Source: Clostridia bacterium (GTDB lineage: Bacteria > Bacillota > Clostridia > TANB77 > CAG-465). From it: a stretch of 64,000 bases of DNA. Location of the stretch: NCBI GenBank assembly GCA_036660635.1, contig JAVXAF010000001.1:17857-81856 (forward strand), in the 5' to 3' direction. How positions within the stretch are numbered: position 1 is the first letter of the stretch; each line of letters starts with the position of its first letter. Made by a program: the position numbers and the translations under genes. The notes beneath the pieces are model-generated. The model was not told where the DNA came from and did not search any database. It was given only the letters and a program-made list of their open reading frames with translations. Below, in pieces: positions 56,192 through 64,000 of this stretch.

Positions 56192-56587
56192 ATGGCAAAA
56201 AAAGAATATATTTACGCAACAGGAAAAAGAAAATCTTCTATAGCAAGAGTTAATATTATTCCTGGAACTGGTAAAATAACAATCAACAAAAAAGACATGA
56301 ATGAATTATATAGCTTAGATACATTGAAAGCTATCGTTTTAAAACCATTCAATGTAGCAAACTTGATGGAAAAATATGATGTTGTTGCTACAGTACATGG
56401 TGGTGGATTTTCTGGTCAAGCTGGTGCAATAGCACATGGTATAGCAAAAGCTTTATCTACAACTGATCTAGAGATTCGTACTATATTAAAAAGAAATGGT
56501 CTTTTAACTAGAGATTCTAGAACAAAAGAAAGACACAAATACGGTCTTAAAAAAGCTAGAAAAGCTCCTCAATTTTCAAAGAGATAA
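56192..56587 (+). CDS. rpsI: 30S ribosomal protein S9
   Basis: C-terminal RKAPQFSKR. Confidence 0.95.
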   Translation: MAKKEYIYATGKRKSSIARVNIIPGTGKITINKKDMNELYSLDTLKAIVLKPFNVANLMEKYDVVATVHGGGFSGQAGAIAHGIAKALSTTDLEIRTILKRNGLLTRDSRTKERHKYGLKKARKAPQFSKR

Positions 56588-56615
56588 TAACAGAGCTAAA
56601 TTTAAAAATATTAAC

Positions 56616-56660
56616 AAAACCAGTAATAGAGCTACAAAGCTTAGTATTACTGGTTTTTTA
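56616..56660 (+). terminator. rpsI terminator 1
   Basis: aaaccagtaata...tattactggttt followed by ttt. Confidence 0.6.
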
Positions 56661-56742
56661 ATATATTACTAAAATTAAATTAGACTAAATACGTAATACA
56701 CATAAATACTTATAATCACTGATAAATATGCATCTATAATTT

Positions 56743-56779
56743 ACAACTCCATAGTACTTAGTACTATGGAGTTGTTTTA
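56743..56779 (+). terminator. Second tandem hairpin terminator
   Basis: caactccatagtac-ttag-tactatggagttg followed by tttt. Confidence 0.5.
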
Positions 56780-56819
56780 TATTTTATTAATATTTTAATT
56801 TAAACTATTTATTATTTTT

Positions 56820-57509
56820 CTAATTTGTCATATTTAGTAAATCTTTTTGGGTTAAATCTTCTATACCTCTTATATTATAATAAGTAGAAGGTGGCTTTCC
56901 TATTATTACTGTTTCTGCTACAGTTAAATAGTTTATATACTCTTCTGCTTTAGAAAAAATTGGTGAAATAGTCTTTACATTCGTTATAATTTCTGCGACT
57001 ATTCTGTGTCTTGTTTGATTTACCCCTGCCTCATCAAAATACGATTTGAATTTTACTTTAATTCCTCCAGTAGATATTGTTTTTACTTTAATTTTTGGTC
57101 CATATCCACCAAACATTTTTGCTCCGACAAAGCTTCCAAATGGAATTGTTATATTTCCAAAAGATTTTTTTTCAATTTCTAATTGAATATTTTTAGCTAT
57201 ATCAGAAGCAAGACTATTCATCTGTATAACGTTAGCACTAATAGATTGTATAGTCCCATCGGATGTTTTATCAATACTTACTAAATCTTTATAATTTATT
57301 TTTTTTATATATTCGTTAACAACTGTTTCTGTAGAATTTAGAGCTATAGCTCTTGCGTTAGAACTGCATAAAGATTCTAATGTTGGCTTTAAATTTTTAT
57401 ACATAACGCTAAGAAATATTGTTAGTAATACTAAGCTTGTAGCTAAAAAGACAAATGTCTTTTTAAAATTCATTTGCCTTAATGTAAGCATATAATACTT
57501 AAGTCTCAT
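56820..57509 (-). CDS. yunB: Sporulation protein YunB
   Basis: Signal anchor and YunB-like sequence. Confidence 0.65.
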   Translation of the reverse strand: MRLKYYMLTLRQMNFKKTFVFLATSLVLLTIFLSVMYKNLKPTLESLCSSNARAIALNSTETVVNEYIKKINYKDLVSIDKTSDGTIQSISANVIQMNSLASDIAKNIQLEIEKKSFGNITIPFGSFVGAKMFGGYGPKIKVKTISTGGIKVKFKSYFDEAGVNQTRHRIVAEIITNVKTISPIFSKAEEYINYLTVAETVIIGKPPSTYYNIRGIEDLTQKDLLNMTN

Positions 57510-57512
57510 ATC

Positions 57513-59045
57513 TTACCTTATTATTAATATCTTTTGCCCAACAGATATGACATCAGGATTTTGTATATCGTTAGTTTTAACTATCTTTTCAACACTTGTT
57601 TTATATTTTCTTGCAATATTCCATAAAGTGTCACCTGCTTTAACTATATATATATTAATACTATCAATGGAAGATCCATCAATTGGAGTTTCTTCAATTT
57701 CTTCTACTATATTTAATTTTGATATATCTTCAATATGATTATTAATTTTTAAAACAATTTTAACTTCAATATCTGTTCCATTTTGAGTAACAATTGCTCG
57801 TTCATCAATTATATCTATATTTACCACAGCATTATTATATATTTTGTCTACCTCAAAATTTTCATTTATTAATATTTCTATAACCTTTGTATCTATTTCC
57901 ATTGTTTCTACATTTTGTAAAATTAACGTAATTTTTGCATTTCCTTCCAAGTTAACATTGTTATTTGTAACTTTAGGAATTATATAATTTGTATCTAAAA
58001 AATATTCTACTACTTTTGTATTTTGAGGTAATATATTAGTAATATTTTCCTTAATATCTATCGCTTTTTCAAAAATAATGTCTTTTTTAACTAAATCTAC
58101 TTTTCGATTAGTATATTCTAATTCTTTGTTTTGGCTATAGAAATCTTCAACATAATTTTCTTCTAGTTCTTCATACATAGTTATGTCAGCTTCTATTTGA
58201 TAATCTATATTCATTGTTTTTGATGTGGTATCAGGGTTTACACTTAAATTTAGATCTCTTGTCATATAATTCATATTAAATTTTGATATATCTTTTATAT
58301 TTTCAAAATCAACCATAGCAGAAAAAGGAATTAAAACATTAAACTTCTTTACGCTTTCTCCTTCTTCATCTGATAAATAAACAACATTGATATCTATATC
58401 TCCTTTTAACATTATTTTGTTATAACTTTCTTTAAATTCAGTATTTTTGATCTTGTTAGTTACATTTAGTATTTCGTAAATATCATCTGCTTCTTTTGGT
58501 ATCATAACATTTTCTTTTGATGCAATTATACTTTTTTTATTTTCAATTATATTGTCAAATTTATCTGTACACATTTTCTTTTCAATATTAACATCTTCAT
58601 CAAATCCTGTTATTATATTTACTTCTTTTGAATTTCTAGCTTTAACTTTAAACATGATTTCAGCTTTAATAGCCATTTTTCTCTCATTTGGTAAAGAATG
58701 TATAATATTTTTAGTTATCGGATTAATTATTACAAATGAATCTTTATCTGCACCTTTAACATCTAAAATTTCTGTAAAAGGGTAAGATACACTAAGTCCC
58801 CTAGTTGTAAACTTTTCATCATTAACTTTGTAAATTATAAAATAATTTAGTTTTCCCATAACTTTGATTTTAGAATCTAGGGGTTCAGTATCCGTTACAT
58901 ATGGGTTGACAGTTACATTTATAATTTTTATAGCATCAGGCTTTGTATCTGGTACAATTATATCTTGTTCAATCCATTTACTTATATTTTCATTTATGCA
59001 TGACATATTTAGTTTTATTTTTTTTCTTTCCGTATTTACGCTCAT
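57513..59045 (-). CDS. DUF3794 (SPOCS) domain protein with a C-terminal LysM (sporulation/coat-assembly-associated)
   Basis: IVPDTKPDAIKI near the N-terminus; LysM YIVKAGDTLWNIARKY...GQKILI at the C-terminus. Confidence 0.65.
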   Translation of the reverse strand: MSVNTERKKIKLNMSCINENISKWIEQDIIVPDTKPDAIKIINVTVNPYVTDTEPLDSKIKVMGKLNYFIIYKVNDEKFTTRGLSVSYPFTEILDVKGADKDSFVIINPITKNIIHSLPNERKMAIKAEIMFKVKARNSKEVNIITGFDEDVNIEKKMCTDKFDNIIENKKSIIASKENVMIPKEADDIYEILNVTNKIKNTEFKESYNKIMLKGDIDINVVYLSDEEGESVKKFNVLIPFSAMVDFENIKDISKFNMNYMTRDLNLSVNPDTTSKTMNIDYQIEADITMYEELEENYVEDFYSQNKELEYTNRKVDLVKKDIIFEKAIDIKENITNILPQNTKVVEYFLDTNYIIPKVTNNNVNLEGNAKITLILQNVETMEIDTKVIEILINENFEVDKIYNNAVVNIDIIDERAIVTQNGTDIEVKIVLKINNHIEDISKLNIVEEIEETPIDGSSIDSINIYIVKAGDTLWNIARKYKTSVEKIVKTNDIQNPDVISVGQKILIIR

Positions 59046-59321
59046 GACTTTTCCTCCTTAATATTTTCTATTACAATATATGTAATAATAAAAAAAGTAT
59101 GAATAATTTTACTTTTTTGTAACTTGTTTTTTACTTATTCATAATATATATTAGTTAAGCTTAAATTATAGCTTAGCATAGATTATTTATCTAAATAACT
59201 AATATTTTTATTATAATTAATACTATATAATCTCCTTAAAAAAAGAGATATTCATTTTTTGAATATCTCTTTTTAATATATAAAAGCAGGTGTTAAACAC
59301 CTGCTACCTCTTATAACCACC

Positions 59322-59609
59322 TTATAGTCTTGTATATTTTGGCGTTGAAAAATCATAATTTGTAAGCATCTCACCAGTCGGTAAACTAAGTTGTAAATTA
59401 TTAGTAACTAAATCAGTATAACTATATGATAATTTATTATCAGTGTCACTTTCTTTAAATACAAATAAATTAGGATATGTACTATCGATAACACCTTTTC
59501 TAAAAATGCATTTATTTCTTCCGATGTTTGCTTTAACACAAATCTCTTGTCCAACGTAACTTTCTACGTCTTGTTTTATCTTTAGTAGCGAATCTTTTGA
59601 AACCATCAT
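59322..59609 (-). CDS. veg: Veg protein
   Basis: VKANIGRNKCIFRKGVIDSTYPNLFVF...SYSYTDLVT matches Veg. The ATG after the aggtga SD is chosen as the start. Confidence 0.75.
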   Translation of the reverse strand: MMVSKDSLLKIKQDVESYVGQEICVKANIGRNKCIFRKGVIDSTYPNLFVFKESDTDNKLSYSYTDLVTNNLQLSLPTGEMLTNYDFSTPKYTRL

Positions 59610-59788
59610 TATCACCTATCCATAAGCCTCTCTACATGTCAAATTATAGCATTTTATAGCTTAAAAGTCAAAGTACTTTAATTATAGTATGTGCTTTTAT
59701 TTCAAAAATATGTAAACTTTACTTGGAAAGTATATACATTATTAAAGTGTTGTATAGTTTGATATTACAATTATATAATATTTGTGTT

Positions 59789-61027
59789 TCATTTATTTTG
59801 TGACATTATATATTCAATCGCTTTTTGCAATTGTGTATCTTTAGACTTTTCTATTACCACTTCATTTTTAAGTTCTTCAGGCAGATCTACAGCAATATTG
59901 GGTTCAATCCCATTTTTATGTATTTCAATTCCACTAGGTGTATAATACTTTGATGTAGTAATAGAAAGAGCCCCGTATCCTCCAAGACCTTCAATACTTT
60001 GTACAATTCCTTTTCCATATGTAGTATTTCCAACTACAACACCTTTTTTAGAATCCTTAATCGCGCTAGCTAATATCTCTGATGCACTAGCACTTCTAGA
60101 ATTTGTTACAACAGCAAGTGGAATATTTATTTCATTTTTTCCATCACATTTATATATTTTTTGATTTCCAGTTTTATTTACGAGTTTTAATATATCGCAT
60201 TTCGGTAACATTAAATTTAAAATGTTGACAGTATCTTTAACTAATCCGCCCGGATTATTCCTTACATCAATAATTAGTCCTTTAATATTTTTAGAGATTA
60301 ATATATCATATTGTTCTTTAAATTGTTTATATATATCGTTGTCAAAAGACCATATTTTAACATATCCAATATTATTTTCTAAAATTTCAGATTCAATATT
60401 ATTAGGTGTAATAGCTTCTCTTTTAACTGATTTTTCTATAATTTCACCTTTTCTTTTAATTAAGATCTTTGCTTCGGTTTCTGCTTTTCCTTTTAATTTA
60501 TCTATAGCCTCATAATAGTTTTCATAAGTTACAACCATCTCATCAACTTGAACAATAACATCTCCAGCTTTAATTTCTGCTTTCATCGCTGGAGAATTTG
60601 GCATAAGTCCAAGGACTAGTATACCAGACTCATCCTTGTCATATGTAATATGAACTCCTATTCCATTGTATACTTCTGTACCAGAGTTTAACATTTCTTT
60701 ATATTCTTCTTCTGATATATACCTAGTATATCTATCTCCTGTTGCATTTGCTATTCCAGATATTGCTCCTTCAACTAGTTTTTCCATTTCAACATCATCT
60801 ATATAGGTATTTGAAACTTTTGATAAAGCATCTTGAATTCTTTCTAAATATTTAGCCATTTCCGGAGATGCTTTAACATTAGAGGCCTCATTTTTCATCA
60901 TTGGTATAATAACTATTGATAACGCAACAATTATAGTCAAACTAACTATAATTGTTATAGTTGCAGTAATTGTATTTGCTATTATTTTAGATTTATCTAT
61001 TTTAATTTTTTCTTTTTTTTCTTCCAT
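59789..61027 (-). CDS. Carboxy-terminal processing protease (S41 family, PDZ-containing; CtpA/CtpB-like)
   Basis: Signal anchor, a PDZ region, and the S41 catalytic core. Confidence 0.8.
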   Translation of the reverse strand: MEEKKEKIKIDKSKIIANTITATITIIVSLTIIVALSIVIIPMMKNEASNVKASPEMAKYLERIQDALSKVSNTYIDDVEMEKLVEGAISGIANATGDRYTRYISEEEYKEMLNSGTEVYNGIGVHITYDKDESGILVLGLMPNSPAMKAEIKAGDVIVQVDEMVVTYENYYEAIDKLKGKAETEAKILIKRKGEIIEKSVKREAITPNNIESEILENNIGYVKIWSFDNDIYKQFKEQYDILISKNIKGLIIDVRNNPGGLVKDTVNILNLMLPKCDILKLVNKTGNQKIYKCDGKNEINIPLAVVTNSRSASASEILASAIKDSKKGVVVGNTTYGKGIVQSIEGLGGYGALSITTSKYYTPSGIEIHKNGIEPNIAVDLPEELKNEVVIEKSKDTQLQKAIEYIMSQNK

Positions 61028-61175
61028 TTTACCACCTTAATTCACTTTATTATACTCATATAATTATATATTAATTACATACTTTAGTCAATATATTGTT
61101 ATTTAATTTTCAAAGCTTTTGTATCTACATTTTTTTACTTTATACCTTATTTTTCAGTTTTTTAAAGGCTTAAGC

Positions 61176-61204
61176 TTGACTTATTAGTCAATTCATTGTA
61201 TAAT
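61176..61204 (+). promoter_or_regulatory. rpsU promoter TTGACT-17-TATAAT
   Basis: ttgact tattagtcaattcattg tataat. Confidence 0.55.
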
Positions 61205-61282
61205 TTAATAGTAAATTTAGAAATACTTATTTTTAACATATAGAGTAAAAGTATTTCCCACTGGAAGGGGGGAAACAATAAA

Positions 61283-61456
61283 ATGCCAGAGATAAAAATT
61301 AAAGATAATGAAAGTTTAGATAACGCACTTGCCAGATTTAAAAAGCAATGTGCAAGATATGGTGTGCTTGCTGAAATTAGAAAAAGAGAACATTATGAAA
61401 AACCAAGTGTGAAGAGGAAGAAAAAATCTGAAGCAGCAAGAAAAAGAAAACATTAA
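61283..61456 (+). CDS. rpsU: 30S ribosomal protein S21 (57 aa; absent from the ORF track because it is shorter than 60 aa)
   Basis: Manual translation: [59 protein letters not shown] ggggggaaac. Confidence 0.9.
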   Translation: MPEIKIKDNESLDNALARFKKQCARYGVLAEIRKREHYEKPSVKRKKKSEAARKRKH

Positions 61457-61473
61457 ATTATCATATATATATA

Positions 61474-61497
61474 AAGCAACTGTAAAGTTGCTTTTTA
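61474..61497 (+). terminator. rpsU terminator
   Basis: gcaactgtaaagttgc followed by ttttt. Confidence 0.55.
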
Positions 61498-62220
61498 TTT
61501 ATTTATATTCTTATTTCTTTTAATTGAATCTAATTCTTTTTTGCTTAAAAATTTATATTTTCCTACTTCAAGTGTTCCAAGTGCTAATTCGCCAACTTTT
61601 ACTCTTTTTAAGTTTCTCAAATTAATTTCAACTGTTTCACACATCTTTCTTATTTGCCTATTTTTGCCCTCACTAATAGTCATCTCAAAAGATGTACTAT
61701 TTAGTCTTTTAACTTTAGCAGGTTTTGTAGTATACTCTCCTATATCAACTCCATTTTTCAAACTTTCTATTTGTTCTTTACTAAGCTGGCCTGCATATGT
61801 TACAATATATACTTTTTCCACATTATTTTTTGGATGCATTAATTCATTTGCAAATTTGCCATCATTTGTAAGTATAAGCAGCCCCTCTGTATCCATATCT
61901 AGCCTACCAACTGGGAATACTCTTACTTTTTCATGTATTAAATCTAATGTACATTTTCTTCCAAATTGTTCATCATTTGTAGTAATATATCCAATTGGCT
62001 TATTTAACATTATATATACTTTCTTTTCATTTATCAAAATCTTTTTTTCATCTATTTTTACAATATCTTTGTGATTTACAAGTGTTGCCAAATCTGTCAC
62101 TATATTTCCATTAATACTAACCTTTGAAGATTTTACAAGTTCATCTGCTTTCCTTCTTGAACAAACTCCAGCGCTTGCAATATATTTATTTATTCTAATC
62201 ATTTTATTCCTTTCATACAC
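61495..62220 (-). CDS. rluB: rRNA pseudouridine synthase (RsuA/RluB family, S4 domain)
   Basis: IRINKYIASAGVCSRRKADELV S4 domain plus the catalytic core. Confidence 0.85.
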   Translation of the reverse strand: MYERNKMIRINKYIASAGVCSRRKADELVKSSKVSINGNIVTDLATLVNHKDIVKIDEKKILINEKKVYIMLNKPIGYITTNDEQFGRKCTLDLIHEKVRVFPVGRLDMDTEGLLILTNDGKFANELMHPKNNVEKVYIVTYAGQLSKEQIESLKNGVDIGEYTTKPAKVKRLNSTSFEMTISEGKNRQIRKMCETVEINLRNLKRVKVGELALGTLEVGKYKFLSKKELDSIKRNKNINK

Positions 62221-62300
62221 ATTAAATATCTATTATACATATTATATATTATCATAAGCTTATGTTAATATATATTTTCTCTTTACCTAGCAATAAATTG

Positions 62301-63227
62301 CTAGGTATTATTTTCTTTTGCTTTTAATTTTTTAATAATGTCTTCAAACTCTTGTGGAATTTCTTTTACAAATTCCATATATTTTCCAGTTGAAGGATGT
62401 ATAATTCCTAGTACTTTTGCATGTAATAATTGTCCCTCAATTTTAAATTTAGGATCTTTTTTACCATAAACAAGATCTCCTACAAGTGGATGGCCTATAT
62501 ATGCCATATGAACTCTAATTTGATGTGTTCTACCGGTTTTTAACTCAGCCTCTACTAATGTAGTGTTTGAAGAGTAAAATCTTTCTAGTACCTCAATATG
62601 TGTCATTGCATCCTTAGAATTCTTATCAGTTACCGCCATTTTTTTCCTGTCTTTAGGGTTTCTTCCTATTGGTTTTTGTATATCAGTTTTATCTTCTTTA
62701 ATAATTCCTTTTACTAAAGCTATATATTTTCTAGTTATACTGTGTACTTTAAACTGTTCAGATAGACTTTTGTGAGCAATATCATTTTTAGCCACAACTA
62801 ATATGCCTGTTGTATCTTTATCTATTCTATGTACTATTCCAGGTCTTATAACACCATTTATACTTGAGAGTTTAGTTGCATGTGAATACATTAAAGAATT
62901 AACTAAAGTACCTGTATAATTTCCGTTTGCAGGATGAACTACCATACCTTTTTTCTTGTTTACTATTATAATATCTTTGTCTTCATAAATAATATCTAAA
63001 TCTATATCTTCAGCCTTGATATCAGGCATTTTATCTTCAATTTTAGCTATACTTACTATATCATTTTCTTTTAAGCTGTACCCTGCCTTTTTAACATTTC
63101 CATTAACTAATATTTTGCCTTCATCATTTAAAGTTTTAATATAGCTTCTAGTATATTGTTCATTTATTTTACTAAGATAAATATCAAGTCTATTTCCTAT
63201 ATTTTCTTTATCTACAATATATTCCAT
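62301..63227 (-). CDS. rluD: RluA-family pseudouridine synthase (RluD-like)
   Basis: HRIDKDTTGILVVAKN; N-terminal S4-like region. Confidence 0.85.
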   Translation of the reverse strand: MEYIVDKENIGNRLDIYLSKINEQYTRSYIKTLNDEGKILVNGNVKKAGYSLKENDIVSIAKIEDKMPDIKAEDIDLDIIYEDKDIIIVNKKKGMVVHPANGNYTGTLVNSLMYSHATKLSSINGVIRPGIVHRIDKDTTGILVVAKNDIAHKSLSEQFKVHSITRKYIALVKGIIKEDKTDIQKPIGRNPKDRKKMAVTDKNSKDAMTHIEVLERFYSSNTTLVEAELKTGRTHQIRVHMAYIGHPLVGDLVYGKKDPKFKIEGQLLHAKVLGIIHPSTGKYMEFVKEIPQEFEDIIKKLKAKENNT

Positions 63228-63318
63228 TTTTTCACCTACCTTTATATTTTAACAGAATTTGTTCATATTTTCAACTTGTTCCCATATATATTTATGAAAT
63301 TATGTATAATAACAAGAA

Positions 63319-63360
63319 AGTCTAATAGTTTTATTTAACTATTAGACTTTTTCTTTCTTA
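63319..63360. terminator. Palindromic hairpin overlapping the spoIIAB stop codon (agtctaatagtt-ttattt-aactattagact), T-rich on the plus side and A-rich on the minus side
   Basis: Perfect 12-bp stem, followed on the plus strand by ttttctttcttattttttttt. It lies upstream of the rluD promoter (TTGAAA-17-TAAAAT on the minus strand). Confidence 0.5.
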
Positions 63361-63790
63361 TTTTTTTTATAAGGGTAACATGGGTACCTTCATTTTTATT
63401 TGAATCTATTATTATTTCATCCATAAATGTCTCCATAATTGTAAATCCCATACCAGCATGTTCTAGCTCTGGCTTTGATGTATATGTTGGTGTAGTTGCA
63501 ATTTCAATATCTTCTATTCCTATGCCACTGTCTATAACTTCAATTCTCACAATACTGTTTTCATCTTTATTAATAATTTTTGCTTTTACTTGTACAATAC
63601 TTTCTTCTGTTAATATATTTTCGTATCCGTGTTCTATAGAGTTAGTAACTGCCTCAGATACTGATGTCTTTATATCCATAAGTTCATCTATTGTAATATC
63701 TAAATTAGATACAAATGAAGAAATAGCTACTCTAACTGTAGATACATTTTCAAGTGTAGCTTTTATATATATTTCAAAAAAATTCTCCAT
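63335..63790 (-). CDS. spoIIAB: Anti-sigma F factor (GHKL serine kinase)
   Basis: DELMDIKTSVSEAVTNSIEHGY and PELEHAGMGFTIMETFMDE match SpoIIAB. Confidence 0.85.
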   Translation of the reverse strand: MENFFEIYIKATLENVSTVRVAISSFVSNLDITIDELMDIKTSVSEAVTNSIEHGYENILTEESIVQVKAKIINKDENSIVRIEVIDSGIGIEDIEIATTPTYTSKPELEHAGMGFTIMETFMDEIIIDSNKNEGTHVTLIKKIRKKKSNS

Positions 63791-63791
63791 A

Positions 63792-64000
63792 TTAACTACA
63801 CCTCATTATAATATCTTTAGAAATATTAGAAAGTTCTAATACTCTTTTTATACTATCCGTAGGATTTTGTAAAATCATATTTGAATCTAAAAGTTTTACA
63901 AGGTTATATCTTCCAATAATAAGACCAATCCCACTGCTATCCATAAAGTTCACATCACTTAAATCAAGTATAAATTCTTTCGGCTGATATCTCATAATAT
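63792..64000 (-). CDS. spoIIAA: Anti-sigma F factor antagonist (STAS domain), N-terminus beyond the window edge
   Basis: DLSDVNFMDSSGIGLIIGRY STAS motif. The frame stays open to the window end. Confidence 0.75.
   Translation of the reverse strand, partial: IMRYQPKEFILDLSDVNFMDSSGIGLIIGRYNLVKLLDSNMILQNPTDSIKRVLELSNISKDIIMRCS

Noticed and set aside
1-64000. CRISPR arrays, tRNA/rRNA genes, IS elements and transposases
   Set aside because: I scanned intergenic regions for regularly spaced direct repeats, for cloverleaf-compatible GC-rich ~75-nt segments and for transposase-like ORFs, and found none. The only repeats are the duplicated pilin module and shared terminator and promoter motifs.

Overview
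AT-rich (~25% GC) chromosomal window from an endospore-forming Clostridia-class Firmicute. Genes are tightly packed, mostly on the minus strand, with many 4-8 nt overlaps. Two parts can be distinguished.

(1) Accessory-looking left end, 1-5030. It holds the 3' part of a beta-CASP/MBL-fold nuclease gene, a PHP-domain phosphoesterase gene, and a tandemly duplicated ~1.2-1.8 kb module. Each copy of the module encodes a ~340-aa pilin-like surface protein (N-terminus KRG|ISLIV..., no Glu5). The two proteins are identical at their N- and C-termini and diverged in the central ~200 aa. The promoters are identical, and each is bracketed by an 11-bp inverted repeat.

(2) Core-like region. In order it carries:
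- rpmA-rplU, without the usual prp gene between them, then pth
- an orphan VirD4/TraG-like membrane ATPase
- secA
- two tandem orphan transcription units (candidate sRNAs or micro-peptides) with consensus sigma-A promoters and near-identical terminators
- a complete but non-canonical type IV pilus locus: pilC, pilT, pilB, minor pilin-like genes, a PilD N-terminal domain fused in frame to a pilin-like domain, a major pilin candidate lacking Glu5, a pilO-like gene and a pilMN fusion
- spoIIIAA-AH, an SNF2/SWIM helicase, a GH18 hydrolase, ddl, pcrA, gpr, holA, trmFO, topA, spoIIP, a DivIVA-domain protein, spoVAC/AD/AEb, mini-RNase III, and the recA-recX-deoD-scpA cluster (with a Cheo/LexA box)
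- an HD+EAL c-di-GMP phosphodiesterase, rplM-rpsI, yunB, a DUF3794-LysM protein, veg, a Ctp protease, rpsU, rluB, rluD, and spoIIAB-spoIIAA (no sigF follows).

No rRNA or tRNA genes, CRISPR arrays or transposases were seen. The features I would look at first are the duplicated pilin-like module, the E5-less pilins together with the truncated PilD-pilin fusion, the orphan coupling-protein-like ATPase, the tandem small RNA units, and the spoIIA operon lacking sigF.
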